A DNA stretch of 63,366 bases, filler included, from Octopus bimaculoides (taxonomy: Eukaryota), in NCBI RefSeq assembly GCF_001194135.2. It is 5 parts of 5 records of this genome, joined end to end, with 100 filler letters (N's around TTAATTAATTAA, not from the genome) between each part and the next. Parts side by side here need not be neighbours in the genome. Positions count along the whole stretch, not along the records: positions 23,735 to 39,910 come from NC_069004.1; 4 more parts are not named here. One strand, written 5' to 3'. Below the pieces are notes generated by a model that saw only the letters and a list, made by a program, of their open reading frames with translations, did not search any database and was not told where the DNA came from. Positions 24,953-38,157 of the stretch are shown in pieces (the stretch's first letter is position 1; each line of letters opens with the position of its first letter). Position numbers and translations under genes: made by a program.

Positions 24953-25027
24953 AAGGAGGCGAAAAATACCGAGCAAGATGTAAGTTACCTTCACAGTAGT
25001 TATCAAATGCTTCGAAGTCTTACATTG

Positions 25028-25244
25028 ACAATTAAACCTTGGGAGAGGCATTATGCCGGTAATAAACACACGCACTGGTTCAGTCCTTTATTAATTTATA
25101 TAGTTTTTTTTGTTAAATTATTTCATTGCACTCTTGCAATCTCTTCAGTAACTTGTCTCTCTACTTCCATTTATAAATTAATAAAGGACTGAACCAGTGC
25201 GTGTGTTTATTACCGGCATAATGCCTCTCCCAAGGTTTAATTGT
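25028..25244. repeat. Perfect 73-bp inverted repeat with 71-bp spacer
   Basis: 25028-25100 is the exact reverse complement of 25172-25244. Confidence 0.95.
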
Positions 25245-25789
25245 ATTTCTTTCAACACACGTATCCACATCAAGAATCTTGCACACGAAATACACATACG
25301 AAATCTTACGTTGACGTTCAACCAGAAATTGACAGACTTGACGAAAAGGTTTCAACGGGGTGGCGAGGTCCTGGAAAACACCAAGGTCATCCAACACACG
25401 CAGGAGGAACAGACGAAACACATATAGGTGCTTCGTAAACAACTCGTAGCCAAGTGTGACTTGATAAAGAAATATAGACACTTCCACCTTTCCAACATGT
25501 TTCTATTACCGGTTCCCTGCTGCTGTGCAGAAAGCTCTGCTGTTGTACAATCTACAACAGCCGAGTTTTACAAATGCAATCGAACAGCAACTGAATTAAC
25601 CAAACAACCGATCAAATTAATTAGTCATATTGGAGTTTTACTGTTTTTTTCTTTGTTTTATTATCCTAGGATGTTTGTTGTTTTTACTACTTGTGTTTTT
25701 TAAAATTTTATTTTATTCCTATTACTGTCTGCTTTCTTTTCTTGTTTTTCGCTTTTTCTTTATTAGTCTAGTATATTCAGATACGTATG

Positions 25790-26100
25790 CAGTTATATCA
25801 TGTGATTGACCAGTCGATCGGACGTTGTTGTACATTGCTGGTCAAAATGCACTGTGTATCGTTTTAGCTTTCGAATGATACCGCCCCACTGGCTAGGTGA
25901 CCAGGCCAACATTCCCTCCGCCGCCTGATCAGAAACTCATTCCATCGCAGGGCCACCCGTTTAGAGCTGATTGCACTGGAGCGACGGGAAATGACGTGCG
26001 TTGCTCAAGAACACGACGCACCGCCCCGCCCCGCCTGGAGATGGAACCCATGATCTAGCAATAGTGAGTGCAACACCCTGACCACTAAGACACGTGCATT
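25790..26100 (-). mobile_element. SINE family B
   Basis: Minus strand reads cacgtgtcttagtggtcagggtgttgcactc..gggttccatctcc..gtgttcttgagcaacgcac. The body matches 24150-24270. Confidence 0.75.
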
Positions 26101-26244
26101 CACATACATACATACATACTTGCATACATACATACATACATACATACATACATACATACATACATACATACATACATACACACATACATACATACATACA
26201 TACATACATACATCACCGATAGAATACAATATCGCAAAGGTATA

Positions 26245-27195
26245 TTTCAAGGAGACAGCCTCTTTCTGATGTTGTTAATACTTTCTGTAAACCCCTTGTC
26301 ATTCATGTTAAAGATGTTTGAAGGATATCTTACAGGTTCACAAGGAAACAGAAATACCAACATTACACACTGTTTCTTTGTGGATGACTTAAACTTTATG
26401 CAAATAATATGCATGAGATGAAAAAGAGCCTTAACCTAGTCAGAACATTCTTAAATGATGTAGGATTGGAGTTTGGTCAGGATAAATGTTGTTATATGGT
26501 AGTGAAAAGGGGAAAACTATAAACGAGACTAGTAGCATCTCCGCCAATAGATTAACTGTTTCACGTGTATCTGACGAGGAATGTTACAGGCATATAGGGG
26601 TGGATAAAAGTATATCTTACAGTGGCACCTGTAACAAAACATGTGTCACAATAGAATATTACAGCTGAATAAAGAAAATTTTGACCTCAGAACTCTCTAC
26701 ATTCAATAAAACAGATTTGGGCTGCTTCATTGGATGCTTGATGAGATCCGAGCCATTGATGTGATAACTCGAAAAATACTAACAAGCACATATAATTTCC
26801 ACATAAACAGTGATGTAGACTGCCTCTAACTAAAACGTAAACAAGGCGGCAGAGGCTTAACATCGACCCAAAATGCCTTTGAATGTTGGATCATTTCTCT
26901 TCAACAACATCTATTGACACCAAGTGTCAAAGTGCATCCCTTGACCAAGTTTGCATACACGAGGCTGATATCATCATAAGACCTGGAAGGCAGCTCCTTG
27001 AGCAACACCCTTTGTCTGATAACATAGAATACATGCCCAAAGAAGTCGCACGACTCTACCACAGCGTATCATCAGATGAAAGGATGAGCCTATATGAGCA
27101 GAAGACTATGCATGGATATGTTAGTAGAAAACTCCATGATGATAGTAACATTGATCATCAAAGCAGTTTATCCTGGACGAATAACCAGATTATTA
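26245..27195 (+). mobile_element. Degenerate R4/Dong-clade RT fragment
   Basis: Reads LSVNPLSFML...THCFFVDDL...DVGLEFGQDKC, LKRKQGGRGL (~26830) and EQKTMHGYVSRKL (ORF 26883-27200). Confidence 0.8.
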
Positions 27196-27265
27196 TCTGA
27201 AGATGGTGGACTATATTTTATGATGAATACTTCAACAAAATTGTATCGAAACAGCTGTCGTAAAT
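27192..27265 (+). ncRNA. Degenerate PLE-type hammerhead-like motif
   Basis: ttat-CUGAAGA-U-ggtg...tatc-GAAA-cagctgt-C-gtaa, with palindromic ACAGCUGU as stem III. Stems I and II are weak. Confidence 0.4.
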
Positions 27266-27919
27266 TATAAGCCCCATTCGTGTTCTTTTTTGTAACTACA
27301 CGGATTTGGTACTTACATATCTATAGTATCCTACCAACACTTCATACTTAATTTTTGATTTACGTTACGGAGAAACGTATGTTATTGTACCTAGCCATTT
27401 CTGGCGTTCTACATGCTGATGTACCTAGGTTCTATTGACTCTTATAACTAATTATACATATATAAATGAAAGGTAAAAAATACAGTTGCAAATACATAAT
27501 GAACCTTGGCAGGCTATGACCCTAGAGAGGGAAGAAGACGTTACGGTAGCTGCCAAATCCGCTAGAAATGGCAACCAAGATCACTCCAATAACATGTGTG
27601 TCTGCGAATAAAAGATGATATAAGTACGACTGGCACGCCTCTGATTGATTATATCTCTGATTGATCAAGATTGACATGGAGTGAAATAGCTAGAGATCAC
27701 TAAAAAACTTTTTACTTTACGTGGACATTCGTTATATTAGAAACAGCAGCCAAATCTCCCTCAAGTCATCTTACATCACCACCACTGTTTAAAGAAGAAT
27801 ATGCTAAACACTGTAGCTTCAGAAAAGTCTTTAAAACAGGTTGGTCACACCTAGAAATACATTTACACGTTATGAAAGTGTGTTCCTTCAAGATTGACCG
27901 GTTGCTAGCGCTGCTGCTG

Positions 27920-27963
<44 letters not shown>

Positions 27964-28502
27964 GCTACTACTACTACTACTACTACTTCTGGTACTGCTA
28001 CTATTTGTTTATCTTCAGGTAAAGTTTGATTAAACAGCCAATTAAGTACACGTTCCAGCATCGACCATCCCTTTCGTCGCGTTCACTGTATAAGAACCAC
28101 ATTGTCTAATATGTACATAGATATATATCTGTGTGTGTGTGTGTGTGTGTATGTTTGTGTGTGTGTGTGTGTGTGTGTGTGAGTGTGTGTGTGTGTGTAC
28201 GTGTGTGTGCATGTATGGACGTATCTATCTATCTCTATATATATATTTGCATGCATGCATCTATATATGTATGTATATAGGTAGGTAGGTTGTAGGTGGT
28301 AAATAAGTAGTTAAGTAGGTAGATAGGCAGGTAGGTAGGTAGGTAGATAGGTAGGTAGGTAGGTAGGTAGATAGGTAGGTAGGTAAGTAGGTAGGTAGGT
28401 AGGTAAGTAGGTAGGTAAGTGTGTATACATAAAATTTGTAAAGAGATCTAGCTACTATTTCTTGGAGAACAACAGGATGCTGGGTAAAGGTTCCTTTGTT
28501 CA

Positions 28503-28576
<74 letters not shown>

Positions 28577-28659
28577 TCTGATGCTACTACCTTGAATAGC
28601 TTTTGCGTAGCATTAATTAACAAGGGTCTCTGCCCAGAGATAGAGACATAGATATATGT

Positions 28660-28695
<36 letters not shown>

Positions 28696-28754
28696 ACAGA
28701 GAAACAGACAGACAGATAGACAAACAAAAAGGACAGACAGACAGACAGATATAC

Positions 28755-28813
<59 letters not shown>

Positions 28814-29702
28814 CAGCATCGGCAACAGTAACCAACTTCCCCTTCTTTTTATAAGACAGCAAATGTGTAATTTAAGAAAAAAGTTGACTGCTATTTCTAG
28901 CAAATCTAAGGACACTATAACAACGTTTCTTTTTTAATTTTATTTTGTTACTGGGGCCCACCTGGGCAAGTTAACTAGACACGGGTAAAGGGGTAGGGCC
29001 TGGCTATTTTTTCGGTGCTAGTCTACGTAAACAAAGTGATTTTATGTTTCAACAATATCTGCGTCATGTGATGCAGACTGATGCATCAAGGTGCAATCTA
29101 CCTGTAAATAGAACAAGCGTGTGGTGCTGTTGTGTGCAGTTGCACCTGCTGTTGTCGTTACTGCTGCTGCAGGTGGTGCTGCTGATATGGTGTTGATGCA
29201 GATGATGATAATAAGGATGATGATGACGATGATGAAGTTGATGATGATGATGATGATGACGACGACGATGATGATGATTATGACGACCATGATGATGATT
29301 ATGATGATGACGATGACGACGACGACGACGACGATGATGATGATGATGATGATGACGACAGGAGGGCAGACATTGATAATGGTGTCTGGAATTGGCAGAA
29401 GGCAACAGACGTGTAATGAGGTAAGGTGGTGTTGGGGGAGATATAATCGATCGAACCTGCTCCAGTTCACACACACACACTCACACACAGACACACACAT
29501 GCATACACATAAATACACACACATAAATACATGCACACATATATACATACATACATATATATATATATACAGATGCACACTCACACACATATGCATCATC
29601 ATACAGGTATATACACATAGATGCGCACACATAGATACACACGCACGCATCCAGATATATGAACGTAGATTCAAGTGCATATAATAACACATGCGCTCAT
29701 AC

Positions 29703-29749
<47 letters not shown>

Positions 29750-30871
29750 NNNNNNNNNNNNNNNNNNNNNNNNNNNNNNNNNNNNNNNNNNNNNNNNNNN
29801 NNNNNNNNNNNNNNNNNNNNNNNNNNNNNNNNNNNNNNNNNNNNNNNNNNNNNNNNNNNNNNNNNNNNNNNNNNNNNNNNNNNNNNNNNNNNNNNNNNNN
29901 NNNNNNNNNNNNNNNNNNNNNNNNNNNNNNNNNNNNCACACACGTGGATATACAAGCGCACGTACAGATATATGCACATAGACGCATACACACATAAATA
30001 CACATGTGCACATACAAATATATATACACAGATACATACACACACATATATGCATATACACTTATATAATACATGTATATATGTTTATACATGTGTGTGT
30101 GTGTGTGTGTGAATGTGTGTCTGCGTATATAAACACATGTACATACATAATATACATGTGGATACACACATGCAATTATATAAATAGCATATATACACAT
30201 ATTTACATACGTACACGGTCACACGTCAGCATACTCATACCAACACTGATAGATATACATACACACATATATACACACATGTATACATAGGCACAGACAG
30301 TCGTACACATGTCCCCGCTCATGCGCACAGACACACACACATTATACATGTACATACCTCCAGTCACACACACATGCATATATTTGTCTGCGTATACACC
30401 TACTACGCATACATACAGACACTTGCACACAAACATACATACTTAAATCTACACAGTCACACACACACACCCACACACACACACACTTACACACAACCAT
30501 ACACAGAAAGACACATATATAGTCCCGCGTACATATACACGTAGATGACTACGATTAATTATCATTTCTGCCCCTTAATAAGATTTAAAAAAGAAGTCGG
30601 CTCCGCTGGGATTTGAACCCATCACAAAGTTAGGATAAACGAAAATACAAAAAAAAAAAAAAAAATTTTTAGCATTCTCTGACATTACAACTACGTCTGG
30701 ACATTAATTTTGCTGCTGGCGATGCTACGAATGTTGCTGTTGATGGTGACGTGACGACGACGACGACGATGATGACGATGATGAGGAAGATGTTGGTGGT
30801 GGTTGTGATTGGGGAGATAAGAGTGGTGGTAGTAGAATGCTGAGGATGATGAACCTGGCGGTAGTGATAAA

Positions 30872-30906
<35 letters not shown>

Positions 30907-31067
30907 CAGTAACGGTGGTGGTGGAGACGATGATTATGATGATGATGATGATGATGGTGGTGGTGATGGTGGAATGATGATGACGAATCTGGCGGTAGTG
31001 ANNNNNNNNNNGATGATGGTGGTGGTGATGGTGGAATGATGATGACGAATCTGGCGGTAGTGATAAA

Positions 31068-31102
<35 letters not shown>

Positions 31103-31294
31103 CGGCAATGATGATGATGATGGTGACTATTATAATTCTAATGACTATTATAATTCTAATGACTATTATAAGACTTCTTAGTGCACTCAAATCTCGCTAA
31201 GGTCATATGTGTCTTTAATCGCTTCAGGGTCGATAAAGAACAACTCAAACACTGAGATTATTTGAGCGTCGAACAAAATGTCTTTGCGGTATTT

Positions 31295-31630
31295 TTTCAG
31301 TTGTTTATGCTCTGAGTTCAAACGTCACCAAATGTTTGGAATGCTTTTCACCCTTTCGTGATCGATAAAATAAGTAACAGTTGAAAACTAGTCTTAATAC
31401 AATCAACCGTTCCGTTTCCCTTATTTAGCTCCCTCGACAAACGGTCGAAATGCTTAGGAGTATTTCGTCCGGCTCTACTTTCGGAAGTGAAGTTTTGCTG
31501 AGGTCGACTTTCCCCTTTATCTTTTCGGAGTCAATAAAAGAAGTGCCTATTGGACATTGGGGTCGATGTAATCGACTTATCACTTACCCCTAAAATGTCA
31601 AGCCTTGTGCCTATTGCAGAAAAGCTTGTT
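31295..31630 (+). mobile_element. tRNA-derived SINE, family C fragments with (TTA)n tail
   Basis: Contains ctgagttcaaa, gaggtcgactt..ccttt.at.tttcgg.gtc and ggggtcgatgtaatcgact..gccttgtgcct. Confidence 0.7.
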
Positions 31631-31650
31631 GTTAATATTATTATTATTAT

Positions 31651-32191
31651 TGAGTGAGAGAGCAGTGCATGCCATCAAAGTGACACTGGAGTAAAATATA
31701 CGAAGCCCAATATACCCATCATGACTACCCGTCTGATAAGGGTACACCAGGCACATGCATCACAACCATATATGCACGACATGGTGACCTCATATCAAGA
31801 TAAACAGCGCATGACCTCGCAGGTAGGGCCCTGTTAAAATTTTCTTCAGGTCAAGCAGCCCATCCCGTTCAAAAGGTCCCTGAGTAAGGTTTGTTTAAGG
31901 ATGTTGAGCAAAACACCCATGTTTCCAAAGGTGAATTATTCAAACCCCGAAGAATTCCTCTCAACACATGGCTATGATGCTCCCCCACTACTTCTGCTCA
32001 TGATCAGAGATGCACATATCATCATCCACCAAGGGACATTCTCAACTGGTTAAGGTCAAACAACTGACAAGAAAATCTGTGGTATTAAGCAGAATATTTG
32101 CTGTAGCGCATCTTTTTATACCAAGACAAAACAATGTACATGATAACACTTCCAATAAATTAAGATCAGAAGCTCTGAGAGCCACTGCCTG

Positions 32192-32192
<1 letters not shown>
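31651..32192. mobile_element. ~540-bp non-coding interspersed element flanked on both sides by (TTA)n, copy 1
   Basis: Colinear and highly similar to 42270-42792 over its whole length, with an identical left end tgagtgagagagcagtgcat. Confidence 0.85.
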
Positions 32193-32251
<59 letters not shown>

Positions 32252-33765
32252 ATTATTGGCTACTTGCTCGGTCTTTCGTTTCCAAGTGTAAGTGTAGGAG
32301 GTCATTGTTATTGTAGATTTTATATCCTAAGGTGGTGTTCCAGCAAGGCCGTAGTCAAATGACTGAAACAGATAAAAGAGTAAAAGAGTAAGAAGTATCC
32401 ATATTGAACATTTTGAAAGATTTACTCCAGGTGAGAGCAGACAACAATGCAGGCTTTGTAAAACTAATTTTATTCTCTTGCCTAACGTTAATTTAAAATG
32501 GCTTCCTTCCTCGAATTCACCTCTCACAAAGACTACAATCAACAAAATAAAACAACCACCAAACAAGAATACACAAGCAAATTAATGGAAACATATTAAT
32601 TAGATGCAATACAAATGACAAAAAAAAATGGAAGAATAATACACCAACAAAAAAATACAGTTTAATAAATAATGTAATTGATGATAACAACAAGAAGAAG
32701 AACAAAACAATGCTATACATGCACGTAATGATGTGGGCGTAAAGATGAATAGCGAAGAGCTGTTTTTCACAGACGTGCTTTCCAAATATGTAAAAAGGAA
32801 AAGAAAACTCCTCTCTTGAGAATATTTTGCTGAAAGGCCGAAAGTCTGGAAATATTTTGCCCCTTGGGGTGCGTCAACCTTCCGCAATCAATCACCGAAC
32901 CGGTGGGAAGAGACAAGTAACGCATTTCTGCTTTTCGAAAATCTGTAGCTTTTCTTGTTCGATTCAAGCAAGTGGTGGAACATATCTGGCAGATATAAGT
33001 TAAATATCCGTCATACATGCTCATATTCCTACACACAGCCACGTACACAGATATACACAGAAACACACACCCACACTTACTCATTTGCACAGAGACCCAT
33101 TTAATCCCATACATGCATATGTGTGTGTTCCTGTCTTTCCTATTTACACATATCCATGCATACACATACATACACAATATCCCGTTCTATTTCATACACA
33201 CAGGAATACACATACGTGTTTGTGTGTGCATACCTTTATCATGCCCACGATGACCCACAAATACACAAGCACACACTCTTCTGTCTCATAAAGGAAAGAG
33301 AGAAAGAGAGAGAGGGAGAAAGTGATAGAAAGAGAGAGAGAAAGAGAGAATGACATAATGACACAGAGGTAGTGGATGTGACACTTTAAACATAGGATGA
33401 GACGAAAGCGAATTCTCAAATAGCATGTGAAGCACTTGTTCTTAATCTGGTTCCGTAGGAGTTAAGTGCAGATGCAACATTTGCGGACTCTTGCACAAGT
33501 GGAATCACCAAGGAAACGCATAATAATATGAGAAATGTGCTACGTAGAACATGCTAACGAGAATTTCTAAAGATTTAGCATCAAAGGTAGAAGATCCAGT
33601 TTTTAAATATAAAGAATAAAGCCATTTTAAAGGAACTCTAGTGTAACAACTCAGGTATTATATTTAAATATATAAATTGCATGCTCTAAACTGATACGAG
33701 TTGTTCGCCTGTTCATTCTTTCTTGCAACTGTACATGCACCTGCTCAATGATAAACCACTTATAG

Positions 33766-33819
33766 CCATCCGTGGCTTGGAGGCTACAACAGGCACAGTA
33801 CAAGTCAGAGTTTTAGATG
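33766..33819 (+). CDS. Candidate 54-bp phase 1-1 micro-exon, product unknown
   Basis: Acceptor ccacttatag|c and donor ATG|GTAAGT. Open peptide xIRGLEATTGTVQVRVLD in unique, non-repetitive sequence. Confidence 0.3.
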
Positions 33820-33867
33820 GTAAGTCACCATGGGCAACTATTGTATGTATATATGTATATATATGTT

Positions 33868-33909
<42 letters not shown>

Positions 33910-34450
33910 AAGGTAGACTGTGAAAGCTTCAGATCGATGGAAGAATAAATTCGTAAAGAGGTATGCTCATTGATAGATGGATAGCCAAACAGTCTGATAT
34001 ATGTGTAGATAGATATTTGAGGAAATTCACGCACACACACATAGTTGTATGCATGTGTGGGCATAGAATGGGGAGTGATACCGTGGGAGTGATCGATTGA
34101 TTAATTGTTCGATTGATTAATCGATCGATGTTTTGAGAATACAGAAACTCGTACATTTTATGGAACATTGTGTCACTCAGTAGTGTGTTAGTTCAATATC
34201 GATATCGGTTGTACTTCTGTATATGTGTGCGTGTGTGTGTGTTTATGTATGTATACATATAAACTAAATATATATATGTACATATATATACACACACACA
34301 TATATATATATATATATACACATATACATAAACACATACACGCACACATACACACACACACACAAATACTTGCATACATACATACATACATACACACAAA
34401 CATATATACAAGCGTATATATATATATATATGTATATATATACATATGTG

Positions 34451-34483
<33 letters not shown>

Positions 34484-34784
34484 NNNNNNNNNNTATATAT
34501 ATATATATGCATCCATCCATCCATCCATCCATCCATACATACATACATACATACATGCATACATACCTATATATGTCTTTGTTCTTGAACAAATTAACAT
34601 ATTTGCACATACATGTATATGTCTTATTCTATACATATTTTTATATACGCACCTTTACATACAGACATGCATATACCCACACACGTACATTTGCATTTTC
34701 CTTTTATTTCATTTGCAGTGTCTGGAGGAAGAAGCAGTTCCAGTGCGTGAAACCTTGGGCAAGAATCTTTTACCATAGTCCCAC

Positions 34785-35080
34785 AAGGGGTTTACACACA
34801 GAAGGGACAAACAACGACAGACAAACGGATTAAGTCGAGTGTATCGACCCCAATGCGTAACTGGTAATTATTTAATCGACTCCGAAAGGATGAAAGGCAA
34901 ACTCGACCTCGGCGGAATTTGAACTCAGAACGTAGTGGCAGGCGAAAAACCGCTAAGTATTCCGCCCGGCATCCTAACATTTCTTATTTCTTTATTGCTC
35001 ACAAGGGGCGAAACATAGAGGGGACAAACAAAGACAGGCAAAGGGATTAAGTCGAATAAATCTACCCCAGTGCGTAACTG
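34785..35080 (-). mobile_element. SINE family C, dimer segment
   Basis: Nearly identical to 38322-38617, including the unit junction. Confidence 0.85.
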
Positions 35081-35084
35081 TGAG

Positions 35085-35545
35085 TGAATTTGACAGAGAG
35101 AAACTATATAAATATATGTGTGCGTGTATCTTTGTGTTTGTCACCTCCACATCTCTTGAAAACCGGTGTTTGGGCGGAACTCTGCTTTAAGCACACCACA
35201 TAACCCCTCATCATTATTTTTATTTTGGGGAATTCTCAGACACGAGAATTCTACACACGAGAATTCACAGGACTATGAAACAGAATTTTTTGGTAAATTT
35301 TAAGAATTGTGTAGAATCCAAATTCGCAAAAAATTTCTGAAAATTCCCCAAAATAAAAAAAAATGTTACGAGCAGCTATATGGCGTGCGTAAAACAGAAT
35401 TCCACCGGTGACGGTTTGTTTACGTTCCTGTAACTTAGTGCTTCGACGTCTGAGAATGAGTACTGGGGTCGATTTGTTCGGCTTCAAATTTCAAAGTGGT
35501 ACCCCAGCATGGCCGTCATTCGGTAATTGAAACAAATAAAAGATA
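35085..35545 (+). mobile_element. SINE family A 3' half, interrupted by a MITE-like insert
   Basis: Family A blocks tttgtc..cttga.aaccggtg and tgtttacgt.c.tgtaacttag flank a foreign ~235-bp sequence. Confidence 0.65.
35172..35406. mobile_element. MITE-like element with ~70-bp imperfect TIRs
   Basis: Left ggcggaactctgctttaagcacaccacataac..ttttattttggggaatt matches the reverse complement of right aattccccaaaataaaa..gctatatggcgtgcgtaaaacagaattccacc. Confidence 0.7.
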
Positions 35546-36129
35546 GATGTAAAAGATCAAAGATAATCTGCTGAAGCATCAAAGATAATCTGCTGAAGCA
35601 TCGATTTTAATTGCAACATCAAAAACATCGATAATAGAAAAATTGTGCTCTTACAACATCAAAGGAAATATATCTTGAAATAATACCTTGTTAAATATAC
35701 GCGTAGCACTAACGATTTCCTTCTAATCTCAGATACACCGTCTAGTATGGCCACCATACATATTAGTTGTTATTGTGGAAGTTTTCCGGTACTTCATGTT
35801 GGGTAAAAAATGTTACAAGGGGTACAAGTACTTCTTAACGCGTTACATATACATACATACATACATACATACATACTATGTATGTGTATATATATATATG
35901 TATGTATGTGTGTGTGTGTGTATATATATGTTTGTGTGTGTACATACATAAAAATGAATATTTATACATATACACATGCATATATATATGTATATATATA
36001 TATATATCGAGAGGAGATAATTAAGTATATTTGTATATATTTGTGCTTATACATATAATATATGTGTATGTGTGTGTATGTTAAATTGACATATGTATAT
36101 ATATATGCATATATGTATATATATATATA

Positions 36130-36186
<57 letters not shown>

Positions 36187-36391
36187 CGACATGCAATTAT
36201 TCCCGCTGTATGTATGTGTATAGGCATATGTCGTTGTATGTATAGGGATGCGTATTTATATACAAACCTCGACACATACACACACAAACGGAAATGCATA
36301 CATATATGTATATATACGTGTGTTTGTGTGTATTAATATATAAATACATACATAAATATATGTATGTATATATATATATATATATATATAT

Positions 36392-36550
36392 GGGAGAATA
36401 TACAAATAATAACAACAGACGAGGACAGGTGGTGTAAATAACAAAAGTATATATTAGTATGACGCTCGGGAATACGGAAAGTCTTTGACGTTTCGAGCTA
36501 CGCTCTTCAACAGAAAGAATACGGAGACAAGGAGAAAAACACGGAGAAAA
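36392..36550 (-). mobile_element. ~160-bp PLE pseudo-LTR-like repeat with a hammerhead variant (motif at 36482-36518)
   Basis: Minus strand reads tcttt-CUGUUGA-A-gagc-gta-gctc-GAAA-C-GUC-aaaga. Same element as 62541-62710, flanked by microsatellites. Confidence 0.75.
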
Positions 36551-36885
36551 ACACATACATACATATAGATAGATAGATAGATAGATAGATATATGTGCTT
36601 GTGTGCATATATACCTATGTACACACACGCACACACACACTCATGGATGGGTTGTTGACTTGGAAATGTCAAAATATATCTTTGGGGAATTATTTGGTTA
36701 ATCAAGAAAATTCATCACGCATTAAACTACATCTCACTGATGATTCTTCATGCAACATTGTTATTACTACCACTCGCTGCTACATAATACTAAATCAGTT
36801 AATATGTTATCCTCTCCCATATCGTATTTAATTGGCAAGTCATACACCAGCTCTCATTAAGAATCAGTAACATTTGATCACTTCT

Positions 36886-36917
<32 letters not shown>

Positions 36918-37104
36918 TTCTTCTTCTTCTTCTTCTTCTTCTTCTTCTTCTTCTTCTTCTTCCTCGATTCTTTCTTCTTCTTCTTCTAGAGCTACTTCGT
37001 CATCATCTTCGACATCTTCTTCTTCTTAGTATTATTATTATTATTATTATATTTTTTATTTTCATCATCATCATCATTATCATCACCATCATCACCATCA
37101 TCAC

Positions 37105-37167
<63 letters not shown>

Positions 37168-37510
37168 TCTCTCGTTCTTCGTTTCTTCCCCTTCAAGCCA
37201 CTGCATACGACATCCGTTTCGTCAAGCTGCGCCAGCGAGAATATCCATCGGCCATGTATCTTTAGTAGTTCCTCTGTTTCACGTTTTTATCTCTGCAAAT
37301 ATCATCAATTACACCAAAGAAGTTGAAAGGTCTCAGTCCTCTGTTAAAGTACGAATGTTACTAAGATGCAAAATCTTGTATCACTGCTGTCCATCATGAT
37401 ATAAGTAACCAGCGAAGCTTTTCCTAAAAAGAGCAACACCTGTAGAAATAGGTAGGGTGTAACCATTTACCTTCTTTAGTCTTGCGCTCGCTATGCGGTG
37501 TTTCATGTAT

Positions 37511-37915
37511 AGGCGTAGGCGTGGTTGTGTGATAAAAAGCTTGTGTCCCAACCACATGGTTCCGGGTTCAGTCCTACTGTGTGGCACGTTGGGCAAGTGT
37601 CTTCTGTTATATCCTCCGGTCGAATAAAGCTTTGTGAGTGATATAGTAGACGGGAACTGAAAGAAGCCCTTCGTACATGTATGCATGTGTGCGCGCGGGC
37701 GCGCGTGTCTTTCTATCTGCGTTTGTGCCCCCACCACGAATTGACAACTGGTATTGGTGTGTTTACATCCTCGTAACTTAGCGGTTCGGCAGAAATAACT
37801 GATAGAATATGTACCGGGCTGAACAAAAAAATCGGTGCTGTGGTCGATTACTTCGACTAAGACGGTGCCCCAGCATGGCCGCCATCTAATAACTTAAACA
37901 ATTAAAAACAAACTA
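37511..37915 (+). mobile_element. SINE family A
   Basis: Contains caaccacatggttccgggttcagtcc..ttgggcaagtgtcttct..gtaacttagcggttcggca..ccagcatggccg. Confidence 0.85.
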
Positions 37916-38157
37916 ATAAAATAAACTATATCAATGGATGTCAATCAAATAGATTGTCTCTGCTGAAGGGCGCTAAACCTAATTCGAAAGCATGGTTAGC
38001 ACCTCCAAGTCCTTTGAGAGCTTGCATAGTGTTTTCCTATAAAAAAAACGTAGACCAGGTTTCTGCTCCGAAGATAACTTTCTTCGTTTACTCGTACTTG
38101 AGGCCCTAGAAAAGAGTCATACACTTTTGCTCATCCTCCTATTCAAGGGGAGAGATA

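Noticed and set aside
29064-29480. His/Arg-rich minus ORF and Asp-rich plus frame
   Set aside because: Both derive from (GAT/GAC)n. There is no domain, and the splice signals are ambiguous (tttacag|gtagat could be an acceptor or a donor).
30595-30635. tRNA-like B-box (gggatttgaaccc)
   Set aside because: It is an isolated SINE-head scrap with no cloverleaf. No real tRNA or rRNA gene was found in the window.
30950-31075. Same ~52-bp block on both sides of a 10-N gap
   Set aside because: Most likely overlapping contig ends rather than a genomic tandem duplication.
35559-35602. 22-bp exact tandem duplication (also an 18-bp triplet at 31124-31171)
   Set aside because: Ordinary slippage with no spacers, so not CRISPR-like.
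37180-37300. Minus frame KRETEELLKIHGRWIFS, faintly like tyrosine-recombinase HGRW
   Set aside because: Too short, with no other recombinase motif nearby.
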